Origin: Octopus vulgaris
Lineage: Eukaryota
Assembly: GCA_951406725.2 (NCBI GenBank)
Contig: OX597831.1
Span: 68,448,001-68,512,000 of the forward strand
DNA length: 64,000 nucleotides
Direction: 5' to 3'
The translations under genes and the position numbers were made by a program. Of the stretch, positions 1-11,478 are shown piece by piece. Every line of letters begins with the position of its first letter. Position 1 is the stretch's first letter. Under the pieces are notes generated by a model. It was not told the DNA's origin and searched no databases. It saw nothing but the letters and a program-made list of their open reading frames with translations.

Positions 1-62
1 TTATCATCATAGTTTAACGTCAGTCTTCCATACTATTATGGGTATAAATACACACACATACA

Positions 63-112
<50 letters not shown>

Positions 113-115
<3 letters not shown>

Positions 116-520
116 AGGCAGAGGCATGGGGCGTGGATGTGTATTAAGAAGCTTGCTTCCCAACCACATGCTTCTGGGTTCAGTCCCACTGCATGGCACC
201 TTGGGCAAGTATCTTCCGCTATACCCACTGGCTGACCAAAGCCTTATGAGTGGATTTGATAGAGAGGAACTGAAAGAAGCCCGTTGTGTATATACATATG
301 TATATATTTAAGTGTGTGTTTTTGTGTCTATGTTTCCCCCCTCACCACTATCACTTGACAACTGATGTTGATGCATTTATGTCCCTGTAACTTAGCAGTT
401 CGGCAAAAGAGACCAATAGAATAAGTACTAGGCCGACAAAGATTTCTTCCACTAAAACCCTTTAAGGTGGTGCTCCAGCATGGCTGCAGTCAAATGACTG
501 AAAAAAGCAAAAGAATAAAA

Positions 521-523
<3 letters not shown>
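113..523 (+). mobile_element. tRNA-derived SINE, family A (head - internal TA/TG microsatellite - tail)
   Basis: B-box-like GGTTCAGTCCC, followed by GGCACCTTGGGCAAGT and a tail GCTCCAGCATGGCTGCAGTCAAATGACTGAAA; the same sequence recurs at 2797, 29009, 34502, 58478 and 59257. Confidence 0.8.

Positions 524-590
<67 letters not shown>
524..590. repeat. (TA)n microsatellite, left flank of Penelope-like element 1
   Basis: Pure TA run. Confidence 0.95.
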
Positions 591-595
<5 letters not shown>

Positions 596-634
596 TAAAA
601 AATGGAGTTAACGCAGGTTTAAACAAGTATTTTT

Positions 635-720
635 ACTTTCTACATATGTTTCGAAAATTCCACTGATACTATTCAAAAGAATAAAAGGTATAAACAATGC
701 AATCTTCTCTTCGGGAAAGT
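635..720 (-). ncRNA. Minimal type I hammerhead ribozyme, variant core CCGAAGA
   Basis: Minus strand reads ACUUUC-CCGAAGA-GAAGAUU...AAUUUUC-GAAA-CAUAUG-UA-GAAAGU: 6-bp stem I, 7-bp stem II base, palindromic stem III, GUA triplet. Confidence 0.7.
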
Positions 721-919
721 GAAAAAACGAAACTCGTCAATACGACATTTTAGCAAAAAATGATGGATTCGTATAGCGATAGACAGAACGCTATTAATAT
801 TGTTTAAAAAACGTTATATGATATAACGTCATAAGTAGCTAACAGAAAGAGTAGGGATATTAATAGTGAATGTTAAATATAAAGGAAATTAAAGTTTAAA
901 CTATATATAATGATAGAGA

Positions 920-2227
920 CTACTTATATGCACTAAAAGTATGTTTCTGCCAATGCTTACATCTGTATGCTCGTTCTATAACCGTGTTTACTAGAGTATT
1001 TTTAGAAAAAAATAATGAAAAATAGCTCAGAATTGCAGAGAAGACAGAATTTCTTGCCTTTGTCATATGGTATCGAAATTGAGAGGATCAACCATTCTAA
1101 ATGAAATTGTTCATTGTGGTCTTTTAAATCCCAAATCAGTTTGCTGAGACCGGTACTATTCCGTTTATGTCTATCCCTAAATGTTGAGTAATGGATAGAA
1201 ATTCTTTTAGATAACTCTAACGATGTGCTTCCAATGTAAAATCGTACTTTATTACGAGTACTGATTATACACTGGTATATAGAATTTTAAATCTTAGAGT
1301 TACTTGACATAAATTTAATTCTATTGGAATTGACTTCAGATACAATAACCTTGTTATTAATATTTCTAGAGGATTGGATGGTATTAGCTAAATTAATGTT
1401 AGTATTAGTAAATGTATTAATATTTAACAGTTTGTTATTATGAGAAGATATAATTTGCAAGAGATTTTTTGTGTTTGAAAACCTATCCTAACCTTATGTG
1501 AATTAATTATAGAGTAATATCTAGAATTGTTTGGAAAATTCCTAGCAATAGCTTGACGAAACAGCAGTGGGAGATTAGATTTAATTTGTCTCCCGTAAGG
1601 AATTATTAACCAAATATTTTTACTAGTATTCATAGCGTAATTACTTTTGAAGGTGTTATATTTACTTTTAGATCGGTAATAGGGAAATAAATAAGGGTTA
1701 TCTGCCTTCATTCGCTTTGTATCGGTGCGTAAGTTATGTTTGTTATCAATAATTCTTTTATGACTAGAAATCTTATCTACATTATTGAGTTTACAATTAG
1801 ACTGAGCAGAATCAATGTAGAAACTTTTTTCTGTATAACCTGCTTTGATTAAGGCAGAGTTATAGAATTCAGCGTTATTATTGAAAATATCAACATTAGC
1901 AGATAATTTAGATAATCTAAATGAAATATTCTTAACTAAATTCTTAGTGATTGCTCCAGGATGATTACTAAATTTGCTAATGTACTTAAGATTGGCCAAC
2001 GGTTTACGATATGGGAAGTAAGAGTCACTGTGTAAATTAAGCGTAATATCTAAAGAGTTGGCCTTCATCAGATCGTCATCAAAAACGATTTTTAAGCCCA
2101 TTCTACTGAAAAAATTAACTAAACTATTCTTAACTTTTTGTACCTTTTGGTTGGAAACATTTTGGAGGTAAAGTAAACAATCATCACGATATAGACCTCC
2201 ATAAATGTTAGGGAACTCTTCAGCCAT
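920..2227 (-). pseudogene. Penelope-like RT C-terminal half + linker + GIY-YIG endonuclease, frameshifted
   Basis: GGLYRDDCL...SLDITLNL...PYRKP...SNHP in the ORF; frameshift near 1478; manual translation downstream gives NSIYQCII..RFYIGSTS..HYSTF..STGLSKLIWDLK..EWLIL..PYDKGKKFCLLCNSE..RCKH, stop at 920-922. Confidence 0.85.
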
Positions 2228-2444
2228 TTAGTGCATATAAGTAGTCTCTATCATTATATATAGTTTAAACTTTAATTTCCTTTATATTTAACATTCACTA
2301 TTAATATCCCTACTCTTTCTGTTAGCTACTTATGACGTTATATCATATAACGTTTTTTTAAACAATATTAATAGCGTTCTGTCTATCGCTATACGAATCC
2401 ATCATTTTTTGCTAAAATGTCGTATTGACGAGTTTCGTTTTTTC

Positions 2445-2530
2445 ACTTTCCCGAAGTGAAGATTGCATTGTTTATACCTTTTATTCTTTTGAATAGTATC
2501 AGTGGAATTTTCGAAACATATGTAGAAAGT
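2445..2530 (+). ncRNA. Inverted copy of the same hammerhead motif, core mutated to CCGAAGU
   Basis: actttc-ccgaagt-gaagatt...aattttc-gaaa-catatg-ta-gaaagt. Confidence 0.6.
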
Positions 2531-2717
2531 AAAAATACTTGTTTAAACCTGCGTTAACTCCATTTTTTATTCATATTATTCAAAATATTCAACGTAAACA
2601 CGAAGTTTCAACCTTTATAAACAAGGAGTTACAACATCTTTACTTGTGAGATTTTTGCTGCCCTGGTAACTATTTATTTATTTTTCCGTGTTAATTGTTA
2701 ACAAGGTAAAATACACT

Positions 2718-2725
<8 letters not shown>

Positions 2726-2796
<71 letters not shown>
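2726..2796. repeat. (TA)n microsatellite, right flank of Penelope-like element 1
   Basis: Pure TA run. Confidence 0.95.
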
Positions 2797-2798
<2 letters not shown>

Positions 2799-3130
2799 TT
2801 TCTATCATATTTTTATTCTTTTACTTGTTTCTGTCGTCTGACTGTGGCTATGCTGGAGTACTACCTTTAGTCGATCAAATCAACCCCAGGACTTATTCTT
2901 TGTAAGCCTAGTACTTATTCTCTTGAGTCTATTTTGCTGAACCACTAAGTTACGTGGACGTAAACACACTAGCATTGGTTGTCAAGCAATGTTGGGGGGG
3001 GGACAAACACAGGGCTTTGATCAGCCTCAGGCTATAGTAGAAGACACTTGCCCAAAGTGCCATGCAGTGGTTGAACCTGGAACCATGTGGTTGGTAAGCA
3101 AGCTACTTACCACACAGCCACTCCTGTGGC
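2797..3130 (-). mobile_element. SINE family A, internally deleted
   Basis: Reverse-complement match to family A head and tail. Confidence 0.8.
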
Positions 3131-3149
3131 AATATATATATATAATTTA

Positions 3150-5500
3150 TTTGTTTTGAGAAACATTTTCTCTATATATAGAAGGCACACCGAAGCACTC
3201 AGGACATTTGAGCAATCGGAGAAATAGGACAAATAATGATGAGAAACAAAAGATGGGTTATTGATATGCATTATAAAAATATTATATGCACAAAATTGTA
3301 CAATAAAATATATAGTTATATAAATACATCAAAAATGCATTGAAAATATATAAATATATCAGTACAAATATATCAATAAAATATATTAATACAAATATAT
3401 TAAGATTATACAAATATATAGTCTCACTTGCAATAAAAATGATATTGAAATATTTATATAGAATAGGTGGAGTATAATATCAAAATATAATGTTATAAAG
3501 GAATATGGTAGGTTATAAGTCTTTAAGGTCTGATGGCCGTTTCTGGGGACATAGTGGTCCAAAGATATAAGAGATTCTTAAGTCCATTAATTCAAACCAC
3601 TGCCTCCTTCTTCAGGGAAGTTATCAATTGATAGGTTTACATTTGTTATGCAGATGTGGTGGAATTCAAAATTGACAGACTTTATAAAGAGCTACACTTA
3701 TCATTAAGGGATGTGGATGTTAGGTGCTTCTTTTTTTTTATTATAGGGTAGTAGGAAGGGAGAAAATACTATATTAGTATGAAGCTATCAATAATATTAG
3801 ACGTGGAGGGTGAGAGGAGAAGGTATAATCCAAGCTTTTACAATTCAGATTTAATTAAATAATAATTTATTGTGAAGTTATGAAGAGTTAGCCAAATGTC
3901 TAAGGGTCAAATAATACCTGAGTCTACAATAGAAGATAACATCTAAAAATCTATTTAACATTGAAGAATTATACTTACACAGAATGATTCTTTAATACAG
4001 AGTTTACATTTACATGTATATGAATTGTTAGGGGGTGGCTTCTGTTACAATTGACCAGGTTAGTTTGTACTGCATATTTTGTGCTTTGAGAGCATGGGTC
4101 TGCATAGCTAATGAAGCAGAAAATTTGGTTTTTGGGTTAATAAAAGAATATGTGCATGATATCTACACTTAAAGTCTACTGTGCACCCAATATATATCAT
4201 TGCCTTGTGGTTTCAGGATGTCATCACAGAGCATTTATATATTACATTTTTGGTGTAAGCAAAATCCTTCAAGAGGTATAAATTGGATACTCAATAGTTA
4301 CAGGATTTTTCATTTTTTTGATAGAATATCTCTCTCATGAAGCTAATCTAGGTTGACATGTCGTCAATAAGGGTGAGTCCAAGTCAAAGTTTATAACAGA
4401 ATTAGAATGAATGGTTATGTTGGAACTGGTATCCACTATTTGGTAATTGGGTTTGCAGGATAATGTCATCATTTTAGAATTACTTAGCCTAGGATAGTTG
4501 TTAATAACTATAGTACTGTTATTGTCTGGATCCACTTATGGTGCTATATAGGGATTTATATGTTCAGCCGACTGGCCTTGGGGTTTGCAACTATTGAGGG
4601 CAGCTATGATAGATTGGTGGTTAGGTGTGGTGGAGTATGAAATTTTTTATTGAAGATTTATTGAGAATGGAGTAAAACTTGTACTGTGGTAGAAAGTTTC
4701 ATTTTTCAGATATAAAAAAATAATTTTTTAATTAAGGGTGGTGTGAACCATAAAATTTCATGTTTTCTGGAGGCAAGTTTTTTTGACTGTGTTTATAGGG
4801 AGCTGATCAAGATGGGGAGATTTAAAGTTATCGCAGGACCAAGGGTACCAATGGTGTTGATGTACATAATTTGAAAACGGTTTTCTTGTTCTAGACCAAT
4901 TGGTTTTATTTACATTCATGGTTGTGGTTAGCCTATTATTATTTTTGGATGTATTTGTGCTTTTGTTTGAGTTGTTACAGCTGTCATGTGTTGGTTAGTT
5001 AGTGTAGTTGTTACAGTTGTGTTTTCTTGGTTGGTTCACATTATCATTCAAGTCATTGTTACTGTGATGTGTTATGTGGTTGGCATTTGCATTGTCTCCA
5101 GGGTTGTTATATATGTCACAGTTATTTTCAGTGCAGTCTGTGCACTGTCTGAGTTTTCAATTATTAATCCTACGAATGTGGTGCTCTGTATCTGATGTGT
5201 CTGCATATGACAGTTCTACAGTGTGCCGGTTGAATAGTTTGCTGTGTGTGCCATTTTCAGGGAAGTAATCATCAAGTGCAGCAAAGAACTGTTTTGCAAT
5301 CCTGAATGAGATGTTCTTGAACAGCACACTTCATTTCATATTGCTCCAATCTACTCAGCAGTAAATGGGTAAACCTGTGATGGACTAGTCTTCCAGTTGA
5401 GAGGAATGTGGGCCTGTTTGCCGAGCCAGCAGACTGGCATAATTTAAAGGCTAATACAATGCAAAACACATTGTAACCAGCAATGTATAACAACATCTCT
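3150..5500 (-). mobile_element. Penelope-like retroelement 2, decayed; RT core not recognisable
   Basis: Manual translation at about 3970-4300: PLEGFCL..KNVIYKCSV...MIYIGCTVDFKCRYHAH...TWSIVTEA..CKLCIKE (GIY-YIG); linker SYSTTPN near 4620-4650; hammerhead relic in the 3' region; boundaries approximate. Confidence 0.7.
3525..3620 (-). ncRNA. Degenerate hammerhead ribozyme motif
   Basis: Minus strand: CUGAAGA-aggaggcagugg...ccacuauguCCCCa-GAAA-cggcca-UC; stem I is poorly paired. Confidence 0.55.
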
Positions 5501-5635
5501 GATACTCTGAATGATCATGGGATCATGTGATGTGCATATATATATGTATGTGTGTGCGTCCGTGTGTGTGCGTATAAATATCTACTTGGTTCAGTCATTA
5601 GACTGCAGTCATACTGGGGCACTGTCTTGATATAG

Positions 5636-5687
5636 TATATGTATATATATATATATATTATATGTGTGTGTGTATATATATATATTA

Positions 5688-5748
<61 letters not shown>

Positions 5749-5790
5749 TATATTTATACACACACACACACACACGTGTGTGTATGCATG
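5636..5790. repeat. Compound (TA)n/(TG)n/(CA)n microsatellite
   Basis: Direct inspection. Confidence 0.9.
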
Positions 5791-8700
5791 TTTACATTTG
5801 CATTTCTCGAAAAAAATTGCTGTCACTGCTCCTGTCAACACATTATCCACTCTCTTTGTTGCTTTGGATGCATGTAGAGTAAGGTAAAATTTTCTTCCTT
5901 GAAATATAGGCAGGTGAAAACCAAGAACAGCATGTAGCTGTAAAACAATTTCTCAATAATACTCTCATAGGAGCATAAAAAAAACTGGTGTAAACACAAA
6001 TGGACAGGAAAAAGATAAATCCATTTACACATAAGCATGTGCATGCACACGCACACATACATACACACATGTGCACACACACACATGTGCACACACACAC
6101 AGAGTTTCACAAAATATATAATCATTATCTATAAAAAAAATAGATGTGTCATGCAATGATTCATCTTTTAGGTATGGTTCTTGAAACTTCAGATATATAT
6201 GATATGATAAGTTTCATCCTGCGATATCTACCCTTCCTTGTTTATTGAGTAGTAACAAAATGTAAATGAAAATTCAAGTAGCTGGAAAACCTTGTTTTCA
6301 ATGGAGGTTGAAATCATTTGTTATTTGCATTCACTCCAAGAACCTTCGTATAAATAAACGAATAAATCTAAATCTAAAGTAAAAAGCGATCAGAGAAAAT
6401 CTAAATAAAGTAAAAAGCTATCAAAGAGGGATTTAAGCATATTGATTCTTGGGTCTTTCTTTGAATGATATTATTTATCATGAGTATAGATAAGGCAAGC
6501 TGAGCGGTTATAACAGGGAATTAAGCCATCAAGAAATTGGTTCACAACACCACAGAATAAATTCTGTAAGCATTTATTTTGATTTGTTTTTGCATAAGGC
6601 TACTTTTCTTTCTACACCAAATTCCACTTTCTGGATATATAGGGTAAAATCAATCCTAGCAGGAAAAGTAGAACAATTTGAGTAACTGTTATCGTTGACT
6701 TTCTTGTTATATCTTGGAGTAGCACAGTCCCATCTTTAACATCAAATAGGTTGTGACATATTGGCCACTATATACAAGAGAAAACTAGAACCAAAACTTC
6801 AATAGTAAAGTAAAACAATTGAGGGCTCTATTCTGGAAATGAGAAGATTTGTATAACTTTCTCTTCATTCTACACTTTTAAAGCACTTTTGAATGATTTA
6901 GGTAGAGGAGGAATGGCAGTCATCTCTATGGTTGGTGGAAAGAAGTTATCTTTGGATCAGAGGTCTTGGCTTGAATGCTTCCAACAAAGCAGATTCTGCT
7001 AATTGCACCCTAAGACCAATGGTGAAGTTTGACTGGAGGACATATTAAATCTACTACCAAAGGGAAAAAACTGCTTTTTTAATTTCTTCCTAATTTTCCT
7101 CAACCAAATTTCATTTTTAAGATTTTGGTTAACTTGAAGCTATGGTAAAAGTCACTTTCCCTGTGATACCAAGCTTTGCATTTATCCATCTTCATCTGAT
7201 AATACAAGCACCACTAATAATGTTTTTTTTTTTGTTGCTATTTGCCCGACACTTTGTTGAATCAATCAACTATGACTCTACAGTATGACTGTACTGTTAA
7301 TACGATCATTAACAAACTCAAGAAAGAAATCTAAATAATATACAGGTTTTTAGATCAGATAACTAACTGAATTTCACTTCCAGGCTATGCCCAAGGATTT
7401 TTCAAACTTATATCCAAGAATTCCTTATGAAAGAAGCCACAAAGTAGGGTTAAGCAGTTAAGATTTCAAAATATGACAAATCCTTCTTGAGGAGATTCAA
7501 AGTTAGTATAAAAATAGCTCAAATATAATAAAAACTAGCAATTTTAAAAATATATTTTGATAAACAATAAACATTGCCACATGTTATTCCCAGCTGTATT
7601 CAAGTCCTATACCTAGAGATATAGACATGGATAATTGTGAAAAAAAAGTCTCGATTTTAGCACAATGACTAAATGATTATGCCATTATTCATTCAGCAGA
7701 AAGATCAGAAAAAAAGAAAGAAAGACAGAATGAAATAAAACCTCTTAAAATCTTTCAACTTAATAAAAATGATAAAATAAACTGTTAAAAAAGTCAAGCA
7801 ATTAGTAAATGTCATTGTCAGCATTAGTCTTCATAGAATAGTATTATTACTTTTGTAATCTGCTTCTAAAATACCGCTCAGATTTCCCCAGAGACAAAAT
7901 TATAAAAGTAATATAATGCATGAATATGGACAGTTGTAAGTGTTGGTTGATTTAAATGAGTCTTGTCTATGCAATTTTTTTTTGTTTGTTTTTAGTTTAC
8001 CTTTCTTTGATGCATTTTGATTTTTCCTGAAATTGATTTTTCTTTTACATTCGAGTAAAAGAGTTTTCTGTCTCTAAAATATAATGACAAATGACACACA
8101 ATTTAAGAAATTCTTCCACTTAAAAGTTAAGACAGTTCATTATGAATTTTTTTGTTAGTTATAATTTAGTCAGTTATTAATAAACAAATGAATAGGTACC
8201 CTGTTCTTCTTCAACAATATATTAGTAAATATATAAGGACATAGTAAATGTGTCAAGGCCGACAGGAAGCGTCGATGCTTCCTAGGGCTAAACAGCGGTG
8301 GTGTAATTCCCTTACAGGATTGTCATGTTAAGTTGACAGTATACAACCACTCTACCTCCCCACCACCGTACATATCTCTATGAGATATTTAGAAATTTAA
8401 TATATTACTGCCACCTTTTTAAATGTAATCACCCAATAACATTGAAAGTTTGGTCCAAATAAACCAACTAATTTTCAGGGACTCTTGTAAAGGATACTCT
8501 AAACTAGTTTATCATCACCTTCTCAAGTTCTTCAAATTATACCTATTTATGGCTTTACCTATTTATGGTAACCATTTAAAGCTAAATGAGTTGAGATGGA
8601 AAATTCTAAGTGTCCAGGTCATGAATAGATTTCAGTGTCAGTAATAGAAAAGGAACTTTCAACTTGAAGAAAGTTATTGGCTCTGCCAGCTATAACTCTC

Positions 8701-9209
8701 ATTAGACTTCTATGTTGCCAATTTCAAATTAAAAAGCTGCTCTTGTATGAACCTCCATATTTTTCTGGTTTCCTAATACTAGCTTCTGACGCCTTATATA
8801 GATATGACACAAACAGCAGCATAATTTGTTTCTCAGTCATACTATTCAACTACACTCAGTGCATTCTAGTGCAAGCTGGTATCCTTACTAAGCTCTTCCG
8901 TCTTTCTCTAAATGAATCTATATCAATATATAGAAACAGGATACAGCTAAAAAGAAGTGAAATCACTCTCTGAGAATGTAAAAAAAGGAGAAAGCAAAGT
9001 CTTCAGTGTGAGTATGTGGTTGGTGGGGTCATCCGCGTCCTCCGCTTCATTTTTTGTTAATCACACATTCTCATTTAATTGTATATATTTTAATTGTTTG
9101 TTTATTCATACGTTTCATCTCATTCGATACCCTGACCCCAACGTTTGTTTTGTCTGTCCCCGTATTGTCCCCTCTTTTTCTCAACCTTATGGTGAATAAA
9201 GAAATACTC

Positions 9210-9261
<52 letters not shown>

Positions 9262-9784
9262 TACCTTGAAAGTTATAAAAACAAAATGTAAATAGTCACC
9301 CTCTTTCATTAATTTTATTTTCCCTTCCTTCTTAGCGAGCAATATGATGATTTCTACAAAGCTAAATCTATTAGAGGCTTGCAAACCACATCACACACCA
9401 ATAGACTTTCACCCTTGAAAAGTTTTGTGAAATCAATACTTTTCTGCTTGAGATCTGCAAAGCCTTTGAGTATGTCTGGCATGAAAGCTATCTAGACAAA
9501 TTGTCTCATGTCTTGGGATCAGAAGTTTCCACTCATACTACTCTATTGCTCCATCCACTTAAAAGATTCTCACAGCAATCATTCAGCTCTGGTGTAGTTT
9601 AAAGTTCTCCCATTGTTTCTCCTTCTATACACAAATCACGAACCTGTTGTTCCTTCTGCACCTGTGCAGATGATACAACTCTTTATCACTTCATAATAAT
9701 CTCAACATTCAGCATAGTTTCCATATGCTAGAATGTACTATCAGCATAGATTTGCAAATAACCTTCAGTGAAGAAAAGATAACC

Positions 9785-10920
9785 CTTTTTTAATACAGTT
9801 CTATATTTAAGAGATAAAGAATTACGTACATTATTTACATTTGATGGATATTTGTCCTCATCTTGTTTGTTGCTAGCATAACATTTTGGCTGATATACCC
9901 TCCAGCCTTCTTCAGGTGTCCTGGGGAAATTTCGAACCAGGGTTCTCATTCCTAAGGTATTTTTTGTTGTTGTTGTCGTCGTCGTCATCATTATTATTAT
10001 TTTTGTTCAGGTCACTACTTGGAATCAAACTCAGAATCTTGGGGTTAGTAGCCTGTGCTCTTAACTACACCATATGCCCGTGGGCAATTATAAAGTGAAT
10101 TTTAGGGCTTATACATCTTATATTTTTCTATCCTTCTTTAGTACCGGTTCCCATATGCTATTCATATCTGCACTCAGTCTGCTTAGGAGGTTGTTGTGTC
10201 CTAGCATATGCGCTGCTTCTTTTTGTTTCCGTATTTTCCAGTGGTGTTCTCTGTCTATTATTTTAACTTCATCCCACAGGGGGAGGTGGTCTCCATTTTT
10301 CCGTACATGATCACCTATACCCGATTTATTTTGAAAGGGCAGCATGTTTCGGCTTTGTATAACCTACCACAGCTGCATGGGATGGAGTACACGCAGTATT
10401 TGGTTATATTCTCTTCTATTGGTGGTTTTACTCGAAGGAGATATTTGCGAAGTGTTGTATTACTCTTGAATACTGTCCTGATGTCATATGGGCCGCATAT
10501 CCTTTGTATCTTTTAGGAGAGGCCTTTCACATAGGGTAGACAGACTGTGGACAGTTTGTTGGCCTCATCCTCTCTCTTCTTCATAATTGGAGTGGATAGT
10601 ATACTTTTGGGGTAGTTGTTGCTTAACAGATCGTTATTGAGCTTGATCATTTCTTCGTGGTTTGTATTACGATCGCTACTTATATTCTTGCACGATGTTT
10701 TAGGCGCCTAAAACATCGTGCAAAGAATATAAGTAGCGATCGTGATACAAACCACGAAGAAATGATCAAGCTCAATAACGATCTGTTAAGCAACAACTAC
10801 CCCCAAAAGTATACTATCCACTCCAATTATGAAGAGAGAGGATGAAGCCAATAAATTCTCCACAGTCTGTCTACCCTATGTGAAAGGCATCTCCGAAAAG
10901 ATACAAAAGATATGCAACCC
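9785..10920 (-). mobile_element. Penelope-like retroelement 3 (3' part) with a fold-back 5' end
   Basis: VCLPYVKG..KIQRIC (thumb/linker), CVYSIPCSCGRLYKAET (GIY-YIG), and ORF 10118-10345 SGIGDHV..HLPLWDEVKIIDREHHWKIRKQKEA. Confidence 0.8.
9876..9920 (-). ncRNA. Degenerate minimal hammerhead motif
   Basis: Minus strand: acac-CUGAAGA-aGGCUG-gagggUAUAU-CAGCC-aAAA-uguu-augc; GAAAC has decayed, consistent with CpG loss. Confidence 0.5.
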
Positions 10921-11478
10921 CTCACTAAGACTAAGTTTTTTTCATCAGGTCCAAAAAATATTTTATCTCTTATCAGTCCCTGATTTTCTGCAAAACTAAA
11001 TAGTATCCAAATTGATACCATTCCAACACACATTTGCATCAACAATAAAACAATTTGAAGATTAAATCACCACTAATTGACATATGCAGTCTGTTCTCTA
11101 TACTTTTTTTACCAATTACAATGACTGAAACTAGCTAGCTGACTAGTTGTCCCCAATACACCTATCTTTACATCTTTCATTACATCTGCTGTGTCTCACA
11201 CTGAATTACCTAACCTTTCTTTTCCAGAATGCCAATATCCTTTCTCTTTAGCAGAAACATATAATAATAATAATGAAATTATTGTATACAGTGCTCAGGT
11301 GCACCACAACTTGTCATATATTTGATGGTAGTCAGCTTCTCCAACAATTAAGCAAGCTTATCTTTCAGCCATCTACTCCATAGCTAATACAATGAAATTT
11401 GTAGTAATGTGGCCTTATTTTTACTCTATCATCCATATATTTCTTGCAGTCTATTGTTTTCAAACTGAGCATCAACTA

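Larger units (their letters stand above)
591..2725 (-). mobile_element. Penelope-like retroelement 1 (5'-truncated, inverted pseudo-LTR; possibly Naiad-type)
   Basis: RT motif GLYRDD in ORF 1424-2227, GIY-YIG domain downstream, 591-937 is the reverse complement of 2227-2574, and (TA)n flanks both ends. Confidence 0.9.
9270..11275 (+). mobile_element. Old Jockey/CR1-group LINE RT fragment, interrupted by Penelope-like element 3
   Basis: LEICKAFEYVWHE (LDISKAFDRVWH-like) near 9450-9485, CADDTTL near 9665, continuation LSFFIRSKKYF after 10920, and a (TAA)n tail at about 11262. Confidence 0.55.

Noticed and set aside
1424-2227. Intact 267-aa reverse transcriptase gene
   Set aside because: The start codon coincides with the inversion junction, the N-terminal RT motifs are missing and the end is frameshifted
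920-5500. Selenoprotein-type recoding reported for some Naiad Penelope-like elements
   Set aside because: No in-frame TGA at conserved Cys positions and no SECIS-like hairpin identified; the stops look like ordinary decay
8260-8284. 20-bp near-palindrome AGGAAGCGTCGATGCTTCCT as a regulatory site
   Set aside because: Short, and embedded in what looks like a retroposon-tail fragment (TGTTTAGCCC shared with the SINE B tail); no evidence of function
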